A stretch of DNA of 64,000 bases from Planctomycetota bacterium (lineage in GTDB: Bacteria > Planctomycetota > UBA8108 > SXIK01). The stretch covers positions 3,840,001-3,904,000 of the forward strand of contig CBDCXR010000004.1 in the NCBI GenBank assembly GCA_965223845.1, given 5' to 3'. Of this stretch, positions 1-10,489 are shown piece by piece (position 1 is the stretch's first letter; each line of letters opens with the position of its first letter). The notes under the pieces are model-generated. The model did not search any database. It was not told the DNA's origin and saw nothing but the letters and a program-made list of their open reading frames with translations. The position numbers were made by a program, and so were the translations under genes.

Positions 1-172
1 GCAGAGCGCCGGCCGTCAACTCCGTCGCCGGGGCAGCTCTCGCCGGGATCGCCGGTTCGAACTGCCCCTGCGCCGGTACTACGGAGGCGCAGATGAGAGA
101 TGCACCCACACCAACCGCGGAGACCCTACGCCGAAGGCGAGCGGCAACGCAGACAGAGCGGCGTGCGTTCAA
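1..172 (-). CDS. 5' part of a probable exported protein, running off the window edge
   Basis: TTG at 172-170 overlaps the TGA of the upstream gene (TTGA, 4-bp overlap). Open frame to position 1 reads MNARRSVCVAARLRRRVSAVGVGASLICASVVPAQGQFEPAIP..., which is signal-peptide-like. Confidence 0.5.
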   Translation of the reverse strand, partial: MNARRSVCVAARLRRRVSAVGVGASLICASVVPAQGQFEPAIPARAAPATELTAGAL

Positions 173-483
173 GGGCGGGCGGGCGGCGGATCTCCTGCAG
201 CCGCGCTCCCCTGGGCGACCGCCGCGACTCCGGAGAGGCTCTCGGCGCGCGCGACGCGGGCGATGAATACCGCGAGCCCTGCGCCGATGCTGAGAACGAC
301 ACCGAGCATAAAGAGGATGCTCCAGTAGAGGCCCGCCGCCAGACTCCCCTGCGAATCGCCGCCGTCCGATCGAGCGCTGTCCTCGACGGCCTCGCCGCAC
401 ATCGCACACTGGGCGGTGAGCTCCGGTGCGAACGCTGCAAAGGAGAGGGCGACGATGACGAACATGCGCGCGGGAGTGTTCAT
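169..483 (-). CDS. Small exported/membrane protein with AQCAMC (CxxC) motif and a C-terminal TM helix
   Basis: Signal peptide ending ELTA/QCAMC; TM segment GLYWSILFMLGVVLSIGAGLAVFI; TAGAAT 6 nt upstream of the ATG. Confidence 0.75.
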   Translation of the reverse strand: MNTPARMFVIVALSFAAFAPELTAQCAMCGEAVEDSARSDGGDSQGSLAAGLYWSILFMLGVVLSIGAGLAVFIARVARAESLSGVAAVAQGSAAAGDPPPARP

Positions 484-489
484 GCTCTA

Positions 490-495
490 ATTCTA
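490..495 (-). promoter_or_regulatory. -10 box TAGAAT, probable leaderless transcript
   Basis: Minus strand reads TAGAAT-tagagc-ATG(483), with no SD sequence. Confidence 0.5.
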
Positions 496-733
496 TCCCG
501 GACCGCGCGGGAGTTTCTACTCCGCCGCACGTTTCTCGGCGGACGCGGGCTGGGCCGGCTCGGTTTCGCGCGCGCCCCGGGCAGCGCGCCGCGATACGAT
601 GCGCTCGCGGTCGATTTCCGACCGATCATAGGCCCCACCCACTCGAAATCGACGAGCTCCCACGATGCCGTTTCTCCCTCGACGTCGACCCGACGAACGT
701 GTGCGCAGAGATCGAACGCCGCACGCATACACG

Positions 734-3418
734 ATGTCTCCCTCCTCGATCGCGTTTCCACTCGTCGCCGGCGTGCTGGTCGCGAAACTCGCGTTCGGAG
801 ACCCGACCGCCCTCCCTCTGGACCGCGGCGCCGCGGGACTCGAGCGCGCGCTGAAGCAGCTCTCGACGACGGCGAGCGTTCTCCACGTCGTCGCCCACCC
901 CGACGACGAAGACGGCCCGCTCCTCACCTACCTCGCGCGCGGGCGCGGTGTGCGTACGATGGCCCTCTCGCTCACACGCGGTGAAGGCGGCGCAAATCTC
1001 ATCGCACCGTATTTCTTCGATGAGCTCGGCGTCCTTCGCACGCTCGAATACCTCGAGGCGAATCGCTACTACGGCGTCGAACAGTTCTTCACCCGCGCCG
1101 CAGACTACGGGTACTCGAAACAGCTCTCCGAAGCCCAGCGCAAGTGGAAGGGATCCGAGATCCTGCTCGAGGACATGGTTCGCGTGATCCGCCGCGAGCG
1201 CCCGGACGTCGTGATCTCGCGCTTCTGGGGCGGGCGGAGAGACGGTCACGGTCACCACACCCTCGCGGGTGTCCTCACGCCGGAGGCCTGCGCCGCCGCC
1301 GCGGATCCGGAACGCTTCCCCGATCAACTGCGCGAAGGGCTCTTTCCCTGGCGAGTGAAGAAGCTCTACCGCGGGAACATCCGCCCCGAGCGCCGCGCGG
1401 AGGACGCGGAGGCGTGGACGGTGAAGGTCGATGCGGGCGAGTACGATCCCCTCCTCGGGGCGTCGTACTACCAGATCGCGCGCCGGGGCTACGGTTTCCA
1501 TCGCTCCCAGGGGATCCTCCATCACGACGGTCGCGCCGGCAGCCGCGTCAGCCACTACCAGCTCATTCCGGCCGACTCGGACGAGCGCGTCGTAGAGGAA
1601 AGCCTGTTCGACGGCCTCGATACGACCCTTCGCGGTCTCACCGAATACTGGAGTGGCGAGACTCCGGCTTGGCTCGTCGACGGACTCGATCGGACTGCGG
1701 ACTGGATCGCCTCCGCCCGTTCAGAATTCCGCGCGGACGATCCGCCGCGTATCGTTCCCCCGCTCGCGAACGCGCTGCGCTCGGTGCGCTCGCTCTCGAG
1801 TCAACTCTTCGACACGAGCTCCGGCACGCCCGAAAGCCATCGCGAGATCGCACGGCACCTCGCGCGGAAGGAACACGAACTCGAGCGCGCGCTCAGCCTC
1901 GCGCTCGGAATCGATCTCGAGGCGGCCGCGGGGAGAGACTCGCTCACCGGTTCGTCGCCCTTCTCACGCTCGAGCACGTTCGCCCACGCGACCCCGGGAC
2001 AGATGTTCGACGTCGGTGTACGCCTCGTGCATCGCAGCCGCGTCCCGGTCGAGTTTCTGAAGGCGACGCTGAGCCTACCTCCGGGTTGGAGCTCGATGCT
2101 TCGAGACGCGACTCCGCCCGACTCGAATCTCGCTTACAACGGCGAAGCCCGGGCGAAGTTCAGCGTCGCGGTACCTTCCGCAGCATCGCCCACCCGACCG
2201 TACTGGCGACGCGCATCGATTTCCGACGCGTTTTACGACGTCGTCGATTCGCTCGCGACGCTGCCGTTCGCCCCGCCGCCGGCGTCCTGCCGCGCGACGA
2301 TTCGCGTCGCCGGCGTCGAGGTCTCGGTCGACACTCCGGTCCGCCTCGTCCTTCGCGATCCGGGGCTCGGGACTCGCTATCCGCCGCTCGCCGTCGCGCC
2401 ACCGGTCAGCGTTCGATTCGCCGAGGGCGCGGGGATCCTGCCGCGCGGCAGGACGCGCTACGAGCTCACCGTGACCGTCCGCGGCGACGTCGCGGGCGGC
2501 GCATCGGGCGACGTGCGCCTCCAGGTCCCCGCCGGCTGGTCCGTCGAACCGGCGAGTGCGCCGTTTCGATTCGATCGCGAGGGCGCCGAGTCGACGCTCC
2601 GCTTCACGCTCTCGGCGCCGACGGAGCCCGCCGGCGAACGGTACGAAATCCGCGCGATCGCACGCCACGCGGACCGTGAGTACTCCGAAGGCTACCGGAC
2701 GATCGAAGCACGCGACGTCGGCCGCTACGATTACTATCTACCCGCGATTCACCGAGTGCGCGTCGTCGACGTCAACCTCGCGAACGACCTCGCCATCGCT
2801 TACGTGACGGGTTCCGGAGACGACATTCCGCAGAGCCTCCGTTTCCTCGGAATCGCGCCGACGCTTCTCGATTCCGAGACGCTCCAGAGCGGTGACCTCG
2901 ATCGCTTCGACGCGATCGTCGTCGGCGTTCGGGCCTACGCGGTCCGAGAAGACGTCCGCCGCGTCAACTCGCGCCTCCTCGGCTACGTCGAACGCGGCGG
3001 CGTCCTCGTCGTTCAGTACCAGACGCCCGAGTTCGATCGAAACTTCGGCCCGTATCCGTATTCGATGGGACGCGCCGAAGAAGTGAGCGAGGAAGACGCC
3101 GCGGTCCGCATCCTCGCCCCGGAACATCCGCTTTTCACACAGCCGAATGCGATCGCCGCCGCCGACTTCGACGACTGGGTTGAGCAGCGCGGCTCGAAGT
3201 TCTGGGCGACCTGGGATGAGCGATACACACCGCTTCTCGAATGCCACGACGAAGACCAGGAACCACAACGCGGCGGGATGCTCTACGCACGCTCCGGAAA
3301 GGGCGCATACATCTACAGCGCGTACGCATGGTACCGCCAGCTTCCCGCGGGAGTTCCCGGTGCGTTCAGGATCTACGCCAACCTGCTGTCCCACCGGAGA
3401 ACTCTCGAGTCTCGCTAG
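734..3418 (+). CDS. Exported PIG-L/LmbE family deacetylase with Ig-like (NEW3/NPCBM-associated) domains and a C-terminal GATase-like domain
   Basis: AHPDDE, LTRGEGGAN and HGHH motifs; two 'VPAGWSV'-type NEW3 segments; C-terminal VGVRAY/YRQLPAGVPGA. Start trimmed to ATG 734, which begins a signal peptide. Confidence 0.9.
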   Translation: MSPSSIAFPLVAGVLVAKLAFGDPTALPLDRGAAGLERALKQLSTTASVLHVVAHPDDEDGPLLTYLARGRGVRTMALSLTRGEGGANLIAPYFFDELGVLRTLEYLEANRYYGVEQFFTRAADYGYSKQLSEAQRKWKGSEILLEDMVRVIRRERPDVVISRFWGGRRDGHGHHTLAGVLTPEACAAAADPERFPDQLREGLFPWRVKKLYRGNIRPERRAEDAEAWTVKVDAGEYDPLLGASYYQIARRGYGFHRSQGILHHDGRAGSRVSHYQLIPADSDERVVEESLFDGLDTTLRGLTEYWSGETPAWLVDGLDRTADWIASARSEFRADDPPRIVPPLANALRSVRSLSSQLFDTSSGTPESHREIARHLARKEHELERALSLALGIDLEAAAGRDSLTGSSPFSRSSTFAHATPGQMFDVGVRLVHRSRVPVEFLKATLSLPPGWSSMLRDATPPDSNLAYNGEARAKFSVAVPSAASPTRPYWRRASISDAFYDVVDSLATLPFAPPPASCRATIRVAGVEVSVDTPVRLVLRDPGLGTRYPPLAVAPPVSVRFAEGAGILPRGRTRYELTVTVRGDVAGGASGDVRLQVPAGWSVEPASAPFRFDREGAESTLRFTLSAPTEPAGERYEIRAIARHADREYSEGYRTIEARDVGRYDYYLPAIHRVRVVDVNLANDLAIAYVTGSGDDIPQSLRFLGIAPTLLDSETLQSGDLDRFDAIVVGVRAYAVREDVRRVNSRLLGYVERGGVLVVQYQTPEFDRNFGPYPYSMGRAEEVSEEDAAVRILAPEHPLFTQPNAIAAADFDDWVEQRGSKFWATWDERYTPLLECHDEDQEPQRGGMLYARSGKGAYIYSAYAWYRQLPAGVPGAFRIYANLLSHRRTLESR

Positions 3419-3433
3419 CCTACTTTGGGGCCA

Positions 3434-3583
3434 ACGAGCCGGTCGGAGAACCGGTTCGACGACGCGGAACGAACCATCTCCGGCGGCATCGCGAGGTACG
3501 GGAAGAGTCGTCGCAGAGTCGCGAAGAGGAGACCGCCCGAGATGGTTTCCGCTCGCGGTTTCTTGGACGGGTTCTCAGCTCGT
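3434..3583. repeat. ~150-nt imperfect inverted repeat (rod-like hairpin) between convergent genes
   Basis: Nested arms: ACGAGC/GCTCGT, GAGAACC/GGTTCTC, GCGGA/TCCGC, AACCATCTC/GAGATGGTT, GGCGG/CCGCC, TCGCGA/TCGCGA. Confidence 0.6.
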
Positions 3584-3594
3584 GCGCACCGCTG

Positions 3595-5721
3595 TCACTC
3601 GCCCGCTTTGTCTTCGCTTCCCTCTTCGGACGACTCGGAGTCCTCGTCCTTCTCCTTCTCCGGAGCGTACTCGAGCTCCGGAGCCGGCGGTTCACCGCCG
3701 TCGCCTTTCAAGTAGTGCTCGAACCACCGCAGCATCCGCAGGTGGTAATCGAAGCGCGCCGCCGACTTCCGGTTGCCGTGGCCTTCTCCCGGATAGAGGA
3801 CGAGGCGCACGGGTGTCTTCCCGAGATGGCGAAGGTGACGGTAGAGCTCCATCGACTGGCTCGGATGGACGCGGGTGTCCTCTTTACCGTGGAGAATGAG
3901 GAGTGGCGTGCGCGACTTCTCGACGTGGTAGATGGGACTTCGTTCGAGGAACCATTCCCAATTGCCGTAGAGTTTCTTTCGCGCGTGGACGAGGAACATC
4001 TCGTTCGGGATGTCCGTCGTACCGAACTTCGAGATTTGATCGCTGATACCGACGAACATCACGCCAGCCGCGAAGCGCTCGGAGTGATAGGTCGAGCACC
4101 ACGCCGTCGCGAAGCCGCCGTAGGACCCGCCCGTGACACCGACTTTATCCTTGTCGACGAGTCCGATCGAAACGAGGTGATCGACGGTGTCGACGAGGTC
4201 GTCGAACTCCTTCCCCGCGTAGTCACTCTGGCCGAGCTTCGAGAACGCGACTCCGCGTCCCGTACTGCCGCGGTAGTTGGGGTGGAACACCGCAAAGCCG
4301 CGTGCCGAGGCGACCTGACCCGGTCCCGAGTAGAACGATGTCCACCCGTTTCGATCGTGAGCCTCGGGTCCACCGTGAACGCGAAGGATCAGCGGGTACC
4401 GTTCGCCCTCTTTCTCGTCGAGCGGTCGAATCAGGATCCCCTCGAGCTCGAGACCGTCGCGCGCTTTGTAGCGGACGATCTCCTGCTTCGCAAAGCGCAT
4501 CGCGTCGAGCCAGTCGTTGCTCGTCGTCAAACGACGCGGCGATTCTTCCGATGTCCGGAGCGCAAAGACCTCATTCGGGTACTCGGGATGACTCGAGAGG
4601 AACGCGATGCGCGAGCCGTCGCGCGAGATCGAGAGATCGGACGCGACGAGCGATCCCTTCTCGACGAGCACACGCGGCTTCTCGGCGTCGATGTGATACT
4701 CGCCGATCGAGCACGTCGCCCCGACCGAGGCGATGTAGCTCACGGTGAAGTCGTCCTTCCAAACGATCGCGTCAAAGTCGCCCTCTCCCGGAAACGGAAG
4801 CTGCTTCGGCGCGCCGCCGACGGCGGGTACGACCATGAGTCGCCCGGCGTTCGGATCGTGGATGTCCTCGGCCGAGAGAAACGCGAGCTTCGTTCCGCTC
4901 GGATTCCAGGCGAGGGGCCCGAGCTTCCCCGGCGTGTCGAAGACGGCGAAGACTTGCGCCGACTCGACGTCGACCACGTGGATCTTTCGCTTCATGAACC
5001 AGTCGTCGATGAGCGGGGTCGGCGCGATCGTGAGCGCGAGGCGGTCGCCGCGCGGCGACCAGTGAAGATCGGACGGGAATCCCTCGATCTCGAGCGCTCG
5101 CGGCTCATCGTCGCTGTTGATCGAGCCGACGAGGACGCGCGTCGGGCGAAACTCTTCTTCGTAGATCTGCTGATTGAAACCCTTCTCGACGAGAGACTTT
5201 CGATCGTCGGCGACCGGGTCGGTCGCGATGAACGCGACGCGCTTCCCGTCCGGACTCCACGAGTAGGACGCTATGTCACTCTTATGAGAGAGAACCTTGC
5301 TCGCCTCACCACCGTCGATCGGGATGACGTAAAGACTTCGGTGAGCGTCTTTCCCGCGTTTCGCGAGAAACGAAATTCCGGTTCCGTCGGGCGTCCACTC
5401 GACTTGACCGACGCTCACTTCACCGCTCACGTACGGTCGCGAAGTGCCGTCCGCGCCGATCACGTGAAGCTCGGCCCACGACGAGCCGGACGGCTCGGCG
5501 ACCGGCGTTCTCGGGACGCGGAGAACGTACGCGATGCGCTGCCCGTCCGGCGCGATCCGCGCGGACGAGACCATGCGGAGCTTCGCCACGTGCTCGGGAG
5601 TGAACACCTCGCCGGCGGAGTCGTTCGCGACCGGAGTGTCCGAGTCGTCCGCGGCGACGGCGAGAGTGGCGATGCTGGCGAAGAGCGCGGCGGACGCAAC
5701 AAGCACAGTACGTTCGTTCAT
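3595..5721 (-). CDS. S9 family (prolyl oligopeptidase/acylaminoacyl) peptidase, exported
   Basis: PD40-like beta-propeller repeats (WSPDG), HGGP, GGSYGG nucleophile, HGKEDTRV Asp, EGHG His; signal peptide from ATG 5721. Confidence 0.93.
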   Translation of the reverse strand: MNERTVLVASAALFASIATLAVAADDSDTPVANDSAGEVFTPEHVAKLRMVSSARIAPDGQRIAYVLRVPRTPVAEPSGSSWAELHVIGADGTSRPYVSGEVSVGQVEWTPDGTGISFLAKRGKDAHRSLYVIPIDGGEASKVLSHKSDIASYSWSPDGKRVAFIATDPVADDRKSLVEKGFNQQIYEEEFRPTRVLVGSINSDDEPRALEIEGFPSDLHWSPRGDRLALTIAPTPLIDDWFMKRKIHVVDVESAQVFAVFDTPGKLGPLAWNPSGTKLAFLSAEDIHDPNAGRLMVVPAVGGAPKQLPFPGEGDFDAIVWKDDFTVSYIASVGATCSIGEYHIDAEKPRVLVEKGSLVASDLSISRDGSRIAFLSSHPEYPNEVFALRTSEESPRRLTTSNDWLDAMRFAKQEIVRYKARDGLELEGILIRPLDEKEGERYPLILRVHGGPEAHDRNGWTSFYSGPGQVASARGFAVFHPNYRGSTGRGVAFSKLGQSDYAGKEFDDLVDTVDHLVSIGLVDKDKVGVTGGSYGGFATAWCSTYHSERFAAGVMFVGISDQISKFGTTDIPNEMFLVHARKKLYGNWEWFLERSPIYHVEKSRTPLLILHGKEDTRVHPSQSMELYRHLRHLGKTPVRLVLYPGEGHGNRKSAARFDYHLRMLRWFEHYLKGDGGEPPAPELEYAPEKEKDEDSESSEEGSEDKAGE

Positions 5722-6067
5722 GACGATTCGTTTCCGTCGAAAGACAAGCACACCCGCAGAGCGGCGGACAAAACTCCCGCTCTGGTTGCTGGTGCGCGCA
5801 AGATCGGAGGCGCCGCCCGCATCGGAGGTCGGGTTCCGGCGCACGAAGACCATCGGATTTCGAGACCCACGGTCACGATGACCGCGCGCTTCTTCCGGGT
5901 CAACCGATTCCTAGCGTCGGCATCAGCGGGCGCGATCTTCGGCGCGGGAACGTCCAAAGCGCCGGGACGGGGTTTTCGGAACGAGCTCCACTCGTCCGGC
6001 CGCCCGCGCTTCAGCCGGACGGGGGCGCGGCGGAGAAACTGTCCGAAATCCCGACGAACGGGCCCTC

Positions 6068-7324
6068 TCAGTCCTTGGGGCGGAGCAGCGCCAGCGCACG
6101 CGCGGCCGCGGCGGCTCGAGCTCCGCCTCGCGCCGACTCCGCACGAAAGAGCGCGACGACGTCCGCTCGGTCGACGCCCTTCGTCCTCGGCTCGATACCG
6201 CCGAGGAGACGGACGACGTACGCGACTTCGTCGTCCGATTCACTCGCGCCGGCCAGCTCGAGGAGCCGAGCGATCGCGGGATCGTCGCCGCGCCGAGCGA
6301 GGACCCAGAGGATCCGCCGGCGCTCGTCCGCATCCTTCGCCTCGCGAGAGCGCGCGACGAGCGCCGCGGTCATTCGCGGTCCGGGGAGCAGCACCGCCGC
6401 CTCGAGCGCGGCGCCGCGGATCTGGCGATTCGCATCGCCCGTCGCCGCCGCGATGCGCGCGATCTCACTCTGGAGACCCGCGCGCGCGAACCCGATGAGC
6501 GCCGCGCAGTGCTCGGCGATCCCGAGGCTCGTCGCTCGATCGTAGATGCGACGCGCCGTCCCGCGCTCGGAGTTCGCCACGAGACTGTCGGCGAGCCGAA
6601 GATACGCCCGGCGAACGCGCAGGTGATCGATCCCCTCGGTCGTGCGGAGCGCCTCCTCGAGGACGCTAACGGACGAAATCTCACCGATGAGTGCGAGCGA
6701 TTCGATCGCGACGAGGCGAACTTCCCGATCCTCGTCGCGCGCAGCTTCGAGCAGGTGCTGAACGGCCAGCGCGTCCTTGCGCAGTCCCATCGCTCGGAGG
6801 ACGCCGAGTCGCAGATTCCCCGTCGCGCCCGAGAGCGCATCGCGGAGCGCCTTCTTCACGGTGACGACAGGGATCCGTTCGAGCGCACGCCGCGCGGCTT
6901 CGCGGACGGCCGCCTCGCCGTGCCCGCCGAGGATCGACGCGAGCGGCCGCACGGATTCGTACTTTCCCAGTCGTCCGATCTCCTCGATGAGCGCGACGCG
7001 AGCCCGGAGCGGAAGCTCCGCCTCGAGGGCGGCGAGGGCGGACTTGACGAACTCACGCCTCGCGCCATCCGCACCGGGGCGTCCGCTCTCCGCACTCGCA
7101 CGTTCCAGCCGGTCCGCACCGCGCGCAAACTCGCTCGGCTCTTCGCTCGCAAGCTGCGAGACGATCGCAGCGAACGGCGGCGGATCCTGGGCGCGAGCTC
7201 CGTCGGCGAGGAATGCAAGCGCGAACGGGATGATCGACAAGAAGATCGGCAGCGCACGCGACGGCGCGAACGGTCTCGACCGGCGCGCCAGCGCGACGAC
7301 AAGGAAACAGGCGTTCGAATTCAT
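6068..7324 (-). CDS. HEAT/PBS-lyase repeat protein, exported
   Basis: Signal peptide (..ARA/QD); repeats such as VREAARRALERIP and VRLVAIESLALIG. Confidence 0.82.
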   Translation of the reverse strand: MNSNACFLVVALARRSRPFAPSRALPIFLSIIPFALAFLADGARAQDPPPFAAIVSQLASEEPSEFARGADRLERASAESGRPGADGARREFVKSALAALEAELPLRARVALIEEIGRLGKYESVRPLASILGGHGEAAVREAARRALERIPVVTVKKALRDALSGATGNLRLGVLRAMGLRKDALAVQHLLEAARDEDREVRLVAIESLALIGEISSVSVLEEALRTTEGIDHLRVRRAYLRLADSLVANSERGTARRIYDRATSLGIAEHCAALIGFARAGLQSEIARIAAATGDANRQIRGAALEAAVLLPGPRMTAALVARSREAKDADERRRILWVLARRGDDPAIARLLELAGASESDDEVAYVVRLLGGIEPRTKGVDRADVVALFRAESARGGARAAAAARALALLRPKD

Positions 7325-7359
7325 GGTGACGAGCTTCTAGTGGCGAGAGCGATCGACGA

Positions 7360-8586
7360 CTATATCTGGTACGGAGCCCGCATCGGACGGTCGAGCCAAC
7401 GCGAGGCCGCTTCGTCGTCGACGATTTCTTCCTTGGCCGGATCCCAGCGGATCGTGCGACCGAGCCAGATCGCGATGTTCGAGAGATGACACACCGTGAC
7501 CGAGCGCGCGCCGATTTCGACGTCGGCGACCGGCTCGTCGCGCGTGGTCATGCAGTTCCACCAATCGCGATGGTGTCCGGGGCTCCGGTAGAGTTTCACC
7601 GCCGGACTCGCGAGCTCGGCTCCGAGCTCCGCGGGATCCGCCGCGAATTTGCCGCGGTTCACGGTGATCGAGCCGGCCGACCCGACGAACTTGACCCCGT
7701 CGGCCGCTACCTTGCCGCAGCGCACCGTGACACCGTTCTCGTAAACGATCGTCACGTACTCTTTTCCAGATTCGGGCGGGCGAACCTCTACCGGTCCGCT
7801 GCGCTCGTACCCGAGACCCCATTGCGCGATGTCGAGATGGTGAGCTCCCCAATCGGTCATCGTGCCGCCGGAAAACTCGCGGTACGCCCGCCAGCTCCCG
7901 GGGTGGAGCTTCCGATTGTAGTCACGCCACGGCGCGGGTCCGATCCAGCGGTCCCAATCGAGTCCCGATGGTACCGGCTCGGCGGGGAGGCGACAGGGTC
8001 GCGACGATCCCCATACGCTCACGAGGACTTCCTTGACCGCTCCAATTCGACCATTTCGAACGAGCTCGCAGGCGCGATGGAACTCCGCGCCCGAGCGCTG
8101 CTGACTCCCGACTTGAACGACGCGAGCGTAGCGACGCGCGGCGTCGACCATCTTTCGTGCCTCGACGACGGTGAGGCTGAGCGGCTTTTCGCAGTAGACG
8201 TCCTTCCCCGCTTCACACGAGTGGATCGCCGGAAGCGCGTGCCAGTGATCGGGCGTCGCGATGACGACCGCGTCGACGTCCTCCCGGTCGAGGAGCGCGC
8301 GATAGTCGTTCGTCTTGAAACACGCCGAGCCAACGCGGGCGGCGGCGGCGTCACGCTTCGACGCGTCGACGTCGCAGACCGCGACCGACGGGTGGGACTT
8401 GCTCGTCGCATATCGGCCGAGGTGTCCGTTTCCCATGCCGCCGACACCGATGTGTCCGATTCCGACGCGCTCGTTCGCATCGGGACGAAACGCCGTCCCG
8501 ATGGCCCCTGGACGAGCGATCGCCGGAGCGACGAGTCCGGCTCCGAGCGCGCCTAGGAACGAGCGACGACTGACGCGCCGAGACAT
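7360..8586 (-). CDS. Tat-exported Gfo/Idh/MocA family oxidoreductase
   Basis: SRRSFL twin-arginine signal; IGVGGMG, ATPDHWH, YCEKP, QVGSQQRS and DWGAHHLD motifs. Confidence 0.93.
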   Translation of the reverse strand: MSRRVSRRSFLGALGAGLVAPAIARPGAIGTAFRPDANERVGIGHIGVGGMGNGHLGRYATSKSHPSVAVCDVDASKRDAAAARVGSACFKTNDYRALLDREDVDAVVIATPDHWHALPAIHSCEAGKDVYCEKPLSLTVVEARKMVDAARRYARVVQVGSQQRSGAEFHRACELVRNGRIGAVKEVLVSVWGSSRPCRLPAEPVPSGLDWDRWIGPAPWRDYNRKLHPGSWRAYREFSGGTMTDWGAHHLDIAQWGLGYERSGPVEVRPPESGKEYVTIVYENGVTVRCGKVAADGVKFVGSAGSITVNRGKFAADPAELGAELASPAVKLYRSPGHHRDWWNCMTTRDEPVADVEIGARSVTVCHLSNIAIWLGRTIRWDPAKEEIVDDEAASRWLDRPMRAPYQI

Positions 8587-9201
8587 CGCGATCCTCCGAG
8601 CTGGTTTCGGTCGAGATGAGCCGCGCCCGCGTCGCGTCACATCGCCATCGAGCTGAAGCGAGCCCCGCGCGCGGAGGAACCGAACGACCGCGAAGGCAGC
8701 AACAGCGGTAAATCGAGAACGTAATCCCAGGAAAGGATAGTCCACCGTGCGCGCGATGACAGCTCTCTCGTCCGTTCGATTTGTCGATTCCGGCGTGCTG
8801 AGACGGGCGCTGCGCTTGTGTTCGACGAGACTCGGCACGGGGCGATTCGATTTAGCCGGGAACTAGCGCGTTCGCTCTCCTCCGACAAACAACGGACGAA
8901 TCCTCCCCGGCTCGAGACGCGAGGCGCGAACGGGACGACTCCCGATCGGGCGAGCCGTGAGACGGGATCGATACCGCTTTCGCCCACGGATGCTCTGTCG
9001 TGAATCCGCGACGATCGTCTGGAAACACGTGCCGTTCGGTTCGCGATGCCGACCGATGTCCCTCGTTTTCTGACGGCGAACCGATTCGCGCGCGGACCCC
9101 CAGCTCACGACTCGTGTTCAGGCGACCGAACTCTTAGCTCGATCGCGCTCCGAGGCCGGTAGAATGACGCGCAACGAGAATCCACTGAGCGAGGTATCAA
9201 G

Positions 9202-10476
9202 ATGGCAGAACGCTCGACCCGACGGCGGTTTCTAAAGCGCGCGGCGCAGATCGGAGCGGCCGCGAGCGCACCGGCGATTTTTCCGCACGGAATGCTCGGT
9301 GCGGCATCGCCGAACGAGCGCATCGTCACCGGTCATATCGGCGTCGGCGGCATGGGCACGGGACAGCTCCGCGGCTCGTTTCTTCAGAACGCGGGGGCGA
9401 TTTGCGATGTCGACGAAAACCACCTCCGCCGCGCCGCTCGTCTCGTCGGTCGGTACGTCCCGCTCTACCGCGACTTTCGCGAGCTCCTCGACCAGCGTGA
9501 CATCGACGGCGTCGTCGTCGCGACGCCCGATCACTGGCACGCAGTGCAGACTGTCTACGCGTGCGAAGCGGGAAAGGACGTCTACTGTCAGAAGCCCCTC
9601 AGCCTCACCGTCGAAGAAGGGCTCAAGATGAAAGCCGCCGCGGATCGCTGCGGGCGCATCATCCAAGTCGGCTCGCAGGGACGCTCGACGCGCGCCGCGT
9701 ACAAGGCCTGCGGTTACGTTCGGAACGGACAGATCGGCCGCGTGAAGGAAGTGCGCTGCTGGCACTACGCCAATCCCGTCGGGGGCTTCAAACCCGACGA
9801 GCCGCCGCCTCCGCACCTCGACTGGGATCTCTGGCTCGGTCCGGTTCGCTACGTGCCCTACAACGTCGACCGCTGTCACTTCAATTTTCGTTGGTTCCTC
9901 GAGTTCGGTGGCGGACAGATCCGCGACCGCGGCGCGCACGTCATGTCCGTTGCGCTGTGGCTGCTCGGCGCCGACACGCAGCCGCTTCACTCGGTCGAAG
10001 CAACGGGAACGGCTCCCAAGGAGGGCATCTGGGATTGTCCCGTCGACATGGAGGTGAAGTACGAGTTCAAGGACCCGGACTGGACGATGTACTGGCTCCA
10101 GCCCGGCGAGCCGCAGCGCGGTGCGGGCTACGGCGCGACGTACCTCGGGGAGAAGGGAAACCTCATCGTCACCGGAGGAGACGGCGGCTGCGGCACCGAG
10201 GAAAAAGCGATGCAGTACACTCCGCCCTCCGATGGAGTTCAGCCGTACAAGAGTCCTGGTCACGAACGCGATTGGCTGAATTGCATGAAGACGCGGGAGA
10301 AGCCGATCATGCACATCGACGCGGGTCTCGCGGTCGCCAATCTGTGCATTCTGGGGAACATTTCGTACATCCTCGGACGCGAGCTCCGGTGGGATGCCGA
10401 GACGAATCGTGTGATCGGTGACGCGGAGGCGAACCGGATGCTCGCTCGGCCAAATCGCACGCCGTGGCGGATTTGA
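9202..10476 (+). CDS. Tat-exported Gfo/Idh/MocA family oxidoreductase
   Basis: TRRRFLK Tat signal; IGVGGMG, ATPDHWH, YCQKP and DRGAH motifs; GAGG RBS and TAGAAT at 9160-9165. Confidence 0.93.
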   Translation: MAERSTRRRFLKRAAQIGAAASAPAIFPHGMLGAASPNERIVTGHIGVGGMGTGQLRGSFLQNAGAICDVDENHLRRAARLVGRYVPLYRDFRELLDQRDIDGVVVATPDHWHAVQTVYACEAGKDVYCQKPLSLTVEEGLKMKAAADRCGRIIQVGSQGRSTRAAYKACGYVRNGQIGRVKEVRCWHYANPVGGFKPDEPPPPHLDWDLWLGPVRYVPYNVDRCHFNFRWFLEFGGGQIRDRGAHVMSVALWLLGADTQPLHSVEATGTAPKEGIWDCPVDMEVKYEFKDPDWTMYWLQPGEPQRGAGYGATYLGEKGNLIVTGGDGGCGTEEKAMQYTPPSDGVQPYKSPGHERDWLNCMKTREKPIMHIDAGLAVANLCILGNISYILGRELRWDAETNRVIGDAEANRMLARPNRTPWRI

Positions 10477-10489
10477 GGAGGGACGGACC

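Noticed and set aside
3241-6498. 1085-aa + strand ORF, and similar long ORFs at 27176-29287 (+), 56030-58273 (-), 23762-25324 (-) and 48569-50143 (-)
   Set aside because: Antisense shadows of well-supported genes. They are R/V/D-rich with no motifs, as expected from high-GC codon bias.
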